A stretch of 64,000 nucleotides of DNA. Origin: an uncultured Gemmatimonadales bacterium. Lineage in GTDB: Bacteria > Gemmatimonadota > Gemmatimonadetes > Gemmatimonadales > Gemmatimonadaceae. The notes under the pieces were generated by a model. The model was not told where the DNA came from. It did no database searches and saw nothing but the letters and a program-made list of their open reading frames with translations. Below are positions 1 through 8,539 of the stretch, piece by piece (within the stretch, counting starts at the first letter, position 1; the number at the start of each line of letters is the position of its first letter). A program made the translations under genes and the position numbers. Where the stretch lies: the NCBI GenBank assembly GCA_963850905.1, contig CAWKMU010000003.1:2688001-2752000 (forward strand), written 5' to 3'.

Positions 1-58
1 CGAAATGCGTCTTCGCCGCGCGCTCGAAGAAACCGCTCAACGAGCGCGTGGTCGTCCG

Positions 59-691
59 TCACGGAGCCTTGGTGGGGTCCACCCAATCGCGCGTGACGAC
101 GATGAGCGCGGACATCGGCGTCCCTTCCTGGACGACGGCCGGGACGTCCATGCTGTTCGATGTGATGATGCCCATCGAGCTGTTCTTCATGAGCGGATAG
201 TAGATCATGACGTGTGGCATGAATCGGGAGCGGGCCGTCCCTTTCGCATCGGTGAGCACCTGAGACGATGACTCCATGTACACCAGCGCGGGGCGCTGCG
301 GCGACCGGAACCGGCCCGAGGCCAACCCGCTATCGACCTCCGCCTTGATTTCGTCGTGGGTCTTGCCGGCGATCCGCTGCTCGACACGGAAGCGATAGAT
401 GGCCAACACTGTCGCGTCAGCCTCGGCATCCCCGCATTGCGGCTCGAAGGATGTCGGAGAGCTCCGGGCCACGACGCACGCGATACCCGAAGTGCCGGGC
501 TCCGCAACGACATAGCGGCCGTTCTCGAGCACCCACACCTTGGCATCCTTCGATATCTCCGCTGGTGCAGCGCTTTTCGCGTATCGAATCTCGTCCGCGC
601 GCGACAGATTCATCGGAGCCGTTGGTGGTGGATCTTGCTGGGCTGCGATGGCGGCGGGGACCAGGAACAACGCAAGAATCCATGCATGCAT
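59..691 (-). CDS. Secreted hypothetical protein (210 aa)
   Basis: Signal peptide MHAWILALFLVPAAIAA-QQ; coherent ORF with motifs SAAP, C...PQC and PHVMIYYP. Confidence 0.75.
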   Translation of the reverse strand: MHAWILALFLVPAAIAAQQDPPPTAPMNLSRADEIRYAKSAAPAEISKDAKVWVLENGRYVVAEPGTSGIACVVARSSPTSFEPQCGDAEADATVLAIYRFRVEQRIAGKTHDEIKAEVDSGLASGRFRSPQRPALVYMESSSQVLTDAKGTARSRFMPHVMIYYPLMKNSSMGIITSNSMDVPAVVQEGTPMSALIVVTRDWVDPTKAP

Positions 692-816
692 TGAACACCC
701 TTCACCGTTGAAGTTACCAGTGAGTGACGTTCGACCGCCAAAGGGTTGGAAGGCGATTGTTGTGGCCCGCGAACGGCGCGCGACGGATTGCGAGTTGGCG
801 TCGCCGAACCGTCATT

Positions 817-1057
817 CGGCGGGTAGGGGCGACGCAATGCGTCGCCCTCCATCCCCGCACCGCATGCACCGGCATCGACGTGGGTGCCGTTCTTCTTAAT
901 GTCGGGCGGCGTAGCCGGCGAACGGCGGGTAGGGGCGACGCAATGCATCGCCCTCCATCCCCGCGCCGCATGCACCAGCATCGACGTGGGTGCCGTTCCT
1001 CCTAATGTTGGGGGGCGTGGCCGGCGAACGGCGGGCGGCGCATTGCGTCGCCCCTAC
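817..1057. repeat. Cluster of GTAG-type REP palindromes: two 106-bp tandem units plus an inverted third REP
   Basis: GTAGGGGCGACGCAATGC(G/A)TCGCCC at 823-847 and 929-953 (period 106) and an inverted copy at 1033-1057; the sequence between copies is also near-identical. Confidence 0.85.
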
Positions 1058-1113
1058 CAGCCGTATTGCGGTTTCGTGGCTGAGCGCCGGCGTCGCGTTC
1101 TGTGAATCGTCGG

Positions 1114-1596
1114 TCAGCCCAGCTGAAGATCGGTATCCGGTGCGGGGTGGCCGAGCAGTCGGCACATTGCGACGACTTGCCCCTTGTGATGAAAGGCGTG
1201 GGTCATCACGTGGTGCAGGATGAACGCCGGGCTGCGGAGTTCCCCAATCCACTGCTGTGGACGTCGCGCCAGGGGAACGTCGAGCGCCGCCTCCGGCAAT
1301 CGATCGAGGTATGCTTCCGTCGCGCGCATCACTCGCTCCTTGGCTGCGCGGAGCGATGCTGCGGTCGGAAAGTCTGCTGCCGACCATGGCCGGATCGGCC
1401 GATCTTCGAGCCGCAGGACCCAGCGCTCTTCAGCTCCCAGGATGTGCATGAGCTGCTCGCGGACACTCGACGCTCCAAACCCGGGAAGTTCCCGAGCGAA
1501 TTCGTCCGCGCTCAGCACTGCGGCATGCTCTACCACGATGTGCAGCCTCGCGTGCGTCCACTGGTGGAGCGCGCGAATCCCGTCCCTGGTGAACAT
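1114..1596 (-). CDS. DinB/DUF664-family protein
   Basis: Motifs SVREQLMHILGAEERW and HVMTHAFHHKGQV (DinB His triad). Confidence 0.9.
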   Translation of the reverse strand: MFTRDGIRALHQWTHARLHIVVEHAAVLSADEFARELPGFGASSVREQLMHILGAEERWVLRLEDRPIRPWSAADFPTAASLRAAKERVMRATEAYLDRLPEAALDVPLARRPQQWIGELRSPAFILHHVMTHAFHHKGQVVAMCRLLGHPAPDTDLQLG

Positions 1597-1728
1597 GTTA
1601 CCAAGTTACGCGGGGTCGACGGCGGGGTCAGGGGGCGGGCGCTTGCACACCCGAGAACGCAGAACCACAGAAAATAGAGGAAAGACGTCCGATTGCCGAT
1701 CGAGGGTGTTTGTAGGTACCTCGGCGAG

Positions 1729-1757
1729 TTGAGCGAGACGGTGCGAGCGCCTAAGTT
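1729..1757 (+). promoter_or_regulatory. Putative sigma70 promoter of the tRNA
   Basis: TTGAGC-N17-TAAGTT ending 16 nt upstream of the tRNA 5' end. Confidence 0.5.
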
Positions 1758-1773
1758 GTTGTGAATCAACGTC

Positions 1774-1847
1774 GGCAGGGTAGCTCAGCTGGTTAGAGCA
1801 CGGCACTCATAATGCCGGGGTCGCGGGTTCGAGTCCCGCCCCTGCTA
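1774..1847 (+). tRNA. tRNA-Met (CAT), probably elongator; CCA not encoded
   Basis: Acceptor stem GGCAGGG/CCCTGCT, D arm TAGCTCAGCTGGTTAGAGC, anticodon arm CGGCA-CTCATAA-TGCCG, T arm GCGGG-TTCGAGT-CCCGC, discriminator A. Confidence 0.93.
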
Positions 1848-2043
1848 TTTGGGAAATCGCGGGGCCGCGCCGGCTTGCACGATTTGGCGCCAAGGGCCAG
1901 CCGGCAGTGGCGGCGCTTGGCATGTCTTCGTATCCTCTGGGCGCATGATTGTCCGCCCGGAGCGCAAGCGCGCCGGCACTGTTCACTGCCCCTGACCGGG
2001 TTGATCGTCCCAGGGAGGCACGGTCCACCGTCTGTCACGTAGC

Positions 2044-5000
2044 GTGCGACCTGCGGCACGTCGCCTCGACCGACCGTTTGCCGCGTTCCGTGGGCTAGCG
2101 GGTTATCTTCTCGCTGCCGTTCTGTGCCAGGGGTGTAGTCGGCCATCCGGCGCCCGGAGTGTGGCGCTCGAGGAATGCGATCCGGCGGCATATATCCGTT
2201 GCATTCAGCAAGCCGCCGTCCTTTCAATTCCTGTCTCTGGAACCGGGCTGGCCCTTAGCTATTCGAGCCAGTGGAAGTCCGACGGCGCTGGTCCTGACAA
2301 ATGGGAGTCGCGTCGACTTGGCTTGGGCGGCTGGTCGATCAACGTCCTGGAGAGTTATGACACGGCGGCTCACGTGCTGGCCAGTGGGGATGGAACGTGG
2401 CGCTTGGTGCCGAGCGTCAACCTACCGGCGGGGGAGTATGCGGTGCCGAGCTTTGATGGCTCCACGGCGCACATATTCGATCGCGAGGGCCGCCACGTTC
2501 GCACAGTCGACGGGCGCTTGGGAACCCAGCTCGCAAGCTTCGGCTACGACACGGCCAGCCGCCTTGCCTCGATCAATGGATACGTTGGCGGTCACCCGGT
2601 TCATCTGGTAGTCGAGAGGGGCCCGAACGGGGTTCCGCGTGGTATCTCGGCTCCGGACGGCGGGACGACCACGCTGCAAGTGGATAGCGCGGGCGATCTG
2701 GTGCGAATCACCGACCCGGCTGGCAATGCTATTCGCGTTGGATGGAACGCCCAGGGCCTGGTCGCGTCCGAAACGGATGCCTTGGGGGCGACCCAAAGGT
2801 TCACCTACGATGACGCGGGGCGTCTGGCGACATTTACTGACGCCGACAGTGTCGTGCAGCACCTCGAGCGCAGGGCGGCTCCAAACCGGGTCGAAATCGT
2901 CGCATCGACGTCTCTTGGCAGACGGTGGGTCTACCGTGTGGAGGCCGCTGCCGACGGTAGTCGGCGCACGTTGATCGCACCCAATGGAACTACGAGCCTC
3001 GAGACCCTCGATGCCGAGGGCAGGCGCACGATCACGTACGCCGATGGGACGAAGTGGAGTGTGGGAGCGGCTCCGCACCCGACCTGGGGACGCGCGGCAC
3101 CACTGTTGACTCCAATGGTGCTGACGCGAGCTGATGGAGTTATCTCGAGGCAAGACTTGAAAGCTTCGCTCCATTCGCAGGGTGGTCTTCCCTACGTCCT
3201 CGCGGGCTCGATGACGACTACCGTGAATGGGCGATCATGGGTCGAGGCGATTGATCCCGCTCATTTGACCACGACGTGGACCGATCCAGCTGGCCGGCTC
3301 ATAACGACCACCTTTGACCCCAACGGACACATTCTCGAGCACTCTGCACCGGGCGTAGCACCACTTTCGTACGAGTATGACAAACTTGGCCGGCTCGTCA
3401 CTGTGATGCGTGGGCTCGGCAACCTCGCCGAAACGACGCGCTACGCGTACAACGCACGAAGCGGGCAGATCACCCTAACCCGGCCGGATGGGAGCAGGGA
3501 GCAGACGTTCGTTGACCGAGTTGGCCACATCGTCAGTGTGTCCCCGGGCGACAACGCCGGCGCCACCATCAGCTATGATGCGGTCGGCCGTCTCGCGGCT
3601 GTTCACAGGGCGGTGGGGATGATGTTCACCCTGGGAACCAGTAGCGCGGGGCGCCAGACGGCGTTCGCACCCCCAATGGTGCCAGGTGATTCGTCAGTCG
3701 AAACGCGCTCTTATGACGTCGACGGTCAACTCGTGTCGATCTCTGGGCTAGGTCAGCGGTCAGTCAACGTCACATATAACGAAGCAGGTAAACCTGCTGC
3801 CTGGACCTTCGATCGCGGAAGCGCCGCCGCGTCCTACGACCCCCGCTCCGGACTGACTACTCGCACCGTCGATCCCTCGGGAGTAATCACGACTTACAGT
3901 TACGTCGGAACAATGCCGAGCCTCTTGACATGGTCGGGACCAGTCAGTGGCTCGGTCTCAGAGGTGTTTGAAGCCGGAGAGCGGCCGGCAAGAGAGGTGG
4001 TGAACGGCGTCGACAGCTTGGCATTCGCCTACGATCCGGGCGGAGAACTCATAGGCCTCGGTCCGTTGACTCTGAGGCGAAGCGCCACGACCGGCCTTGT
4101 GGAGCGCGCAACGGTTGGCGTCATCGAGACAAACCAGCAATTCGACGCGAGCGGACGGATGACGCGCTCGGTGACGACCGTGCTCGGCCGGACCGTGCTC
4201 GACGATCTGTACGCGCGTGATGCATTGGGTCGACTTCGAACGGTCAGGGAGTCGACGGCGGACGGCGCACCATCGGAGACACAATATGGCTATGACAATG
4301 CCGGGCGGCTCGCGTCAGTCCGAGTCAATGGCCGCGCGGTCGAAACCGATAGGTATGATCCGGCGGGCAATCGCGTCAGGAGTACGGGGGTGCTCGGAAA
4401 CGTGTCGGCCAGTTACGACGACCGCGATCGATTGCTGACGTGGGGCGAGCGCCGCTACACGTGGAGCGCAGATGGCAAGCTACAACGTCGAGTCGACGCC
4501 GCCGGTGTAACCTCGTTTGCATATGATGACTTCGGAGCGCTTCGCGGGGTGACGCTTCCCGATGGCCGCGTGATCACCTATCTGGTCGATGCCACGCAAA
4601 GGCGCGTCGCTCGACAGGTTGCGGGCACGCTCTCCGCCGAGTACCTGTACCGACCCGATGGCGCGGTGGCGGCGGTAATCGATTCAACGGGGCACGGTGG
4701 TTCGCATCTTGGTTACGATGGGGACGGACACCTGGCTCTCGTTGTGCGATCGGGAGTCGCCTATCGCGTCATCACGGATATTGCCGGAAGTCCCCGCCTG
4801 GTCATCGACTCACAGACGGGGCGCGTGGTCGACGCGATTACTTACGACGCGTGGGGGGGCGTCATCCGAGAGACCGCGCCCGGATTCATCCCGATCGGGT
4901 TTGCCGGCGGACTACGCGACGCCTACACCGGTCTCATACGATTTGGCGCTCGCGACTACGATCCTGGTTCTGGTCGATGGACCGGTGCAGACCCACTTCG

Positions 5001-7290
5001 CTTCGCTGGCGGCGACCTCAACCTATATCGCTATGCGGCTGGCGACCCGGTCAATCGCGTCGACCCGACGGGGCTTCAGTGCGCCGAAACGGGGCGATCC
5101 TCGACCTGCTATCAGCCGAACAATGGTGGCAACTCCAACTTCCTGCCGGCTCCGTCCGGCGGCGGCTGGTGCATCGGCTTGGGGAACTGCTGGAACCAAG
5201 TGCCGCCGAGGAATCTTCCCCCGGAGCAGCCGCCAGCCCCGCCAACACCACCTCCTGGTCCAGGCGGCGGCGGCGGTGGCAAGCCCTGGTCCTGTTCTGG
5301 GTTCGTCTGTACCGGGCCCAATAACGCGACCTGTGTGTTTGGCAGCTGCGGGTACGGCCCCGGGGGATTTCAGTGCTGGGGGTTCGTCTGCAATGGCCCC
5401 GACAACCAAACCTGCGTGTTGTGCTCGATGGGCGACACGCACGTGGTGACAGTCGGCGGGACCCACTTCGACTTCCAAGCGGCAGGGGAATTTCTCGTTG
5501 CCGCCTCCGCTGACGGCTCAACCGTGATTCAGGGCCGCCAGGAGCCCGTGTCGGGCGGGACCAATGTCACCTTCAACACCGCTGTGGCGGCAAGCGTCAA
5601 TGGCGATCTGGTAGGAGTTTACGCGAGAGAGCCGGCATTTCTCGTGGTCAACGGTGCGCCAATGAGTGAGACGAGCACGGATCGGCGTCTGCCCCACGGC
5701 GGGACGGTCGAGCGTCGTGGTGCTCTCGTCGTCCTGAGCTGGCCGAACGGCGATCAGCTCGCCATCACTCGGACGGCAAACACGCTGAATTACAGCTTCG
5801 GCGAGGTTGGCGGAGCCACGCACACGATGACAGGCCTGTTGGCCAGTGCACACGAGGACGAACTCGGCGCCGTCACGGGACGCAATGGAACGACGCTCCA
5901 GCTATCGGATCCGATGTTCCATTCAAAGGTATACCAGCAGTTCGGCAACAGCTGGCGGATCAAGCAATCCGAGTCACTTTTCCACTACTGGCCCGGAGAG
6001 AGCTCGGCCAAGTTCACAGATCTAAAGATTCCGTCGCGTCCAGCAACGGTTTCGTCGTTGACGGCGGCCGTGAGCGGCAAGGCCGCGTCTGTCTGTCGGG
6101 CTCTTGGCGTGCATCGCCAGCCGCTACTCAATGATTGCATCTTGGATGTTGGAAAGACCGGAGCTCCAGACTTCGCAACTGCGGTCGCCACAATCGCCGC
6201 CAACTGGACCCAATGGCGAGGAGAGGCACCACTGCCCGTGTCAGCGCACCCACCGGCGGCCGCGCCTGGCTCAGCGTCTACGACTGTCCCCGAGGCTGTG
6301 GTGCCTGATCGCTACAATATTGCGACGGGAGACAGCGTTGCGCCTGACCGGCCTGTGCGAGGGGCGGGGATCATCACGCATCGCGGACAAACGCAGACGT
6401 ATTCATTCATCGCGAAAGCTGGTGAGATCTGGTATGTCGGGATTGGTCCTTGTAGCGGCGCTCCGATCAGCTTTGATCTCCGCGATCCAAAGGGCAAATC
6501 GATCGCAAGTCGGACCGGCTGCGGTGACAATCTCGGGCCCCTAACGACCGGCGACAGCGGCACCTACAGCATCGTTGCGACCGCCGACAGCGCTGCTCGC
6601 TATGCGTTCAGTTTGCGCGCTACGCGGCTCGACAGCTATAGGATCGCGATCGGCGATAGTGTTGGCTCGAACCGTCCATCTGCAGGAGCAGGGGTCATCG
6701 CCACTCCTGGCGAGCGACAGTGGTTCACTTTTTCTGCGACACGGGGGGCGATTGTCTACGTCAAGGTCGGCCCGTGCGACGGGGCGGCAATGAGTTTCGA
6801 TCTCACGACGGTGAGCGGTGCGTTCGTCGGCGGCAAGAGTGGTTGCAACGACCTTGGCCCGATGACGCTACCAGCCGGCGGCGCGTACCGAATCACGACC
6901 AGTGCTGGTCCGGGGACGGCAAACTACAGGTTTGTGCTGTTGGGGACCACTCTAGACCGGTACACGATCAAGATCGGAGACACCGTGTCCCCGGGTCATC
7001 CCACCGGCGGAGGTGGTATCATCAGTCACCTAGGGGAACGCCAGTGGTATTCATTTTCAGCGCCCGCAGGCGCCACTGTGACCGTCAAGGTCGGACCCTG
7101 TGCCGGGGCGCCAATGACCTTTGACCTCGTGAGTGAAGGCGGTAAATGGCTGGGCGGCAAGGACGCGTGCGGCGACTTTGGTCCGATGAGCCTGCCGTCC
7201 GCTGGAACATATCGCATCGTGACTAGTGCTGACCGTGGCAGCGCTCGCTACACTTTCTCGCTATTGAAGGCGACCGCGGGCCTGCAATGA
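2044..7290 (+). CDS. YD/Rhs-repeat (teneurin-like) protein with VWD domain and three C-terminal PPC-like repeats (1748 aa)
   Basis: Signal/lipobox-like start (LLAAVLCQG-C); YD repeats; Rhs core GFAGGLRD...FGARDYDP...RW...YRYAAGDPVNRVDPTGL; VWD-like CSMGDTHVVTVGGTHFDFQAAGEF; three 108-aa repeats starting at 6307, 6631 and 6955. Confidence 0.9.
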   Translation: MRPAARRLDRPFAAFRGLAGYLLAAVLCQGCSRPSGARSVALEECDPAAYIRCIQQAAVLSIPVSGTGLALSYSSQWKSDGAGPDKWESRRLGLGGWSINVLESYDTAAHVLASGDGTWRLVPSVNLPAGEYAVPSFDGSTAHIFDREGRHVRTVDGRLGTQLASFGYDTASRLASINGYVGGHPVHLVVERGPNGVPRGISAPDGGTTTLQVDSAGDLVRITDPAGNAIRVGWNAQGLVASETDALGATQRFTYDDAGRLATFTDADSVVQHLERRAAPNRVEIVASTSLGRRWVYRVEAAADGSRRTLIAPNGTTSLETLDAEGRRTITYADGTKWSVGAAPHPTWGRAAPLLTPMVLTRADGVISRQDLKASLHSQGGLPYVLAGSMTTTVNGRSWVEAIDPAHLTTTWTDPAGRLITTTFDPNGHILEHSAPGVAPLSYEYDKLGRLVTVMRGLGNLAETTRYAYNARSGQITLTRPDGSREQTFVDRVGHIVSVSPGDNAGATISYDAVGRLAAVHRAVGMMFTLGTSSAGRQTAFAPPMVPGDSSVETRSYDVDGQLVSISGLGQRSVNVTYNEAGKPAAWTFDRGSAAASYDPRSGLTTRTVDPSGVITTYSYVGTMPSLLTWSGPVSGSVSEVFEAGERPAREVVNGVDSLAFAYDPGGELIGLGPLTLRRSATTGLVERATVGVIETNQQFDASGRMTRSVTTVLGRTVLDDLYARDALGRLRTVRESTADGAPSETQYGYDNAGRLASVRVNGRAVETDRYDPAGNRVRSTGVLGNVSASYDDRDRLLTWGERRYTWSADGKLQRRVDAAGVTSFAYDDFGALRGVTLPDGRVITYLVDATQRRVARQVAGTLSAEYLYRPDGAVAAVIDSTGHGGSHLGYDGDGHLALVVRSGVAYRVITDIAGSPRLVIDSQTGRVVDAITYDAWGGVIRETAPGFIPIGFAGGLRDAYTGLIRFGARDYDPGSGRWTGADPLRFAGGDLNLYRYAAGDPVNRVDPTGLQCAETGRSSTCYQPNNGGNSNFLPAPSGGGWCIGLGNCWNQVPPRNLPPEQPPAPPTPPPGPGGGGGGKPWSCSGFVCTGPNNATCVFGSCGYGPGGFQCWGFVCNGPDNQTCVLCSMGDTHVVTVGGTHFDFQAAGEFLVAASADGSTVIQGRQEPVSGGTNVTFNTAVAASVNGDLVGVYAREPAFLVVNGAPMSETSTDRRLPHGGTVERRGALVVLSWPNGDQLAITRTANTLNYSFGEVGGATHTMTGLLASAHEDELGAVTGRNGTTLQLSDPMFHSKVYQQFGNSWRIKQSESLFHYWPGESSAKFTDLKIPSRPATVSSLTAAVSGKAASVCRALGVHRQPLLNDCILDVGKTGAPDFATAVATIAANWTQWRGEAPLPVSAHPPAAAPGSASTTVPEAVVPDRYNIATGDSVAPDRPVRGAGIITHRGQTQTYSFIAKAGEIWYVGIGPCSGAPISFDLRDPKGKSIASRTGCGDNLGPLTTGDSGTYSIVATADSAARYAFSLRATRLDSYRIAIGDSVGSNRPSAGAGVIATPGERQWFTFSATRGAIVYVKVGPCDGAAMSFDLTTVSGAFVGGKSGCNDLGPMTLPAGGAYRITTSAGPGTANYRFVLLGTTLDRYTIKIGDTVSPGHPTGGGGIISHLGERQWYSFSAPAGATVTVKVGPCAGAPMTFDLVSEGGKWLGGKDACGDFGPMSLPSAGTYRIVTSADRGSARYTFSLLKATAGLQ

Positions 7291-7310
7291 GGTACCCACA
7301 GAGGTACCCA
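7289..7310 (+). repeat. 10-bp direct repeat, candidate tyrosine-integrase arm-type sites
   Basis: GAGGTACCCA at 7289-7298 and 7301-7310, about 85 bp inside the att copy. Confidence 0.5.
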
Positions 7311-7395
7311 AACTTGCGCCGTTTCGCACCGCGCCGTGCCGCGTTACGCCTAGTCTTCAGAGGGAAACTCAAGATCTAGTGCGGGCGAGTCTGAT

Positions 7396-7436
7396 CTCAT
7401 AATGCCGGGGTCGCGGGTTCGAGTCCCGCCCCTGCT
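7396..7436 (+). repeat. att site: duplicated 3' half of tRNA-Met
   Basis: CTCATAATGCCGGGGTCGCGGGTTCGAGTCCCGCCCCTGCT, identical to 1806-1846; no tRNA 5' half upstream. Confidence 0.9.
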
Positions 7437-7662
7437 GTTCTGCCAAGGCTTGCGACCAGTGTCAGTTACGGGCCTTTCTGCATCCGTTTCATCGGGTGCG
7501 ACCGATGATATCGGTGATGCTGACGATGTCGCCGCCGAAATCCAACGCGGCATGTTCGTGCCGGCGTGCATAGATGCCACTGTCTTGCTACGAGGTGCCT
7601 CTCCTTTGAGCAGACCTGGCTGGCTTCGGCCCCGATCAGCCCAGCGCCGGCGATGAGTTGAA

Positions 7663-8010
7663 CTAGCGGCCGCTCAGCTTGAACTCCCAGCCCCATTCGT
7701 TGCCGCCATCCTTCATATCAGTGATGAATTGGGTGAGGTAGGACGCCAGTTTATCCGGCGCAATCTCTTCCCCGTCGTCGTTGACGAACGAATTCCCCGT
7801 TCGACGTATGCCATAAGATCCCGCAAGATCCGGCGCCGTCACGGCGCACAGCTTGATGTTCGCCTCGCCCAAGGGCTTGGAGAAGGAAAGACTCTTTCCC
7901 GACGCATCGCAGAAGACGTCAGTCTGGGTTCCCTTCTGAACGGTTACCATGAGACTCACAAGCTTCGGGAGATTCGAGTCTATGATTCTCCATGCCTCGC
8001 GTTCATTCAT
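7663..8010 (-). CDS. Hypothetical protein (115 aa)
   Basis: ATG preceded by GGAG; Lys/Asn/Asp-rich composition unlike the GC-driven shadow ORFs; no family recognised. Confidence 0.65.
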   Translation of the reverse strand: MNEREAWRIIDSNLPKLVSLMVTVQKGTQTDVFCDASGKSLSFSKPLGEANIKLCAVTAPDLAGSYGIRRTGNSFVNDDGEEIAPDKLASYLTQFITDMKDGGNEWGWEFKLSGR

Positions 8011-8539
8011 GTTGCATCACTCCAATTGAGAGTTGCCGTGCCCCTGTGCGGCAACATTGGGCAGGACCTTTTTCGTGTCCGAATTAAAGCCACGGTAGCG
8101 TAGCGTGAAATGAGCCGCCGCCTTGAGCACCTGACCGACGACTTGAAATCGGGCCTGACTGTGGGGCTGACACTGTCGCCACACGTCTGTTCTCGCAGCA
8201 TCTAAACTGCCGCGCCGCCGTCAGGGCAGGAAGGGCGCCGGCCGGTGGCGGTTGCGTGAGCGACTCTAAGGATCGAAAGGGCGCTCGAGTGGCTGGTCTC
8301 AGCCGCTCAGTAGGACAGGCCAGCGGGCAAAGGCCGCTTTGGTGGCGGCGTCTGATGCATTGATCCATCATTATTGCCCTCATGCGTTGTGCGGCACTCC
8401 AGAGATCAGGCCCAATTATGACCGATCAAGGCGCCGGCGACATGGCGAGCGAACTGGCTCGCGCTTCCGAGCGACGCAGCTATGCATCGTACTTCAATTG
8501 GCCCGACGCTGTCGTTGAAGAACGTGGTGTGGCGCGAGG

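Larger units (their letters stand above)
1806..7436. mobile_element. Small tRNA-integrated genomic island with no integrase gene
   Basis: Identical 41-bp direct repeats (1806-1846 and 7396-7436) starting at the anticodon loop flank a single large ORF. Confidence 0.8.

Noticed and set aside
817..1057. Possible CRISPR array
   Set aside because: The sequences between repeats are near-identical, the third repeat is inverted, the repeat is a GTAG REP found elsewhere, and no cas genes are present.
1774..1847. Initiator tRNA-fMet or tRNA-Ile2 assignment
   Set aside because: It lacks the C1 mismatch and the three consecutive G-C anticodon-stem pairs of fMet, and lacks the C4/C5 acceptor pattern typical of Ile2. 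Elongator Met is preferred but not proven.
7396..7436. Second tRNA gene
   Set aside because: Only the 3' half is present; there is no D arm or 5' acceptor strand upstream.
7663..8010. Immunity protein for the YD/Rhs gene
   Set aside because: It is on the opposite strand, outside the att repeat, and the YD C-terminus shows no toxin motif.
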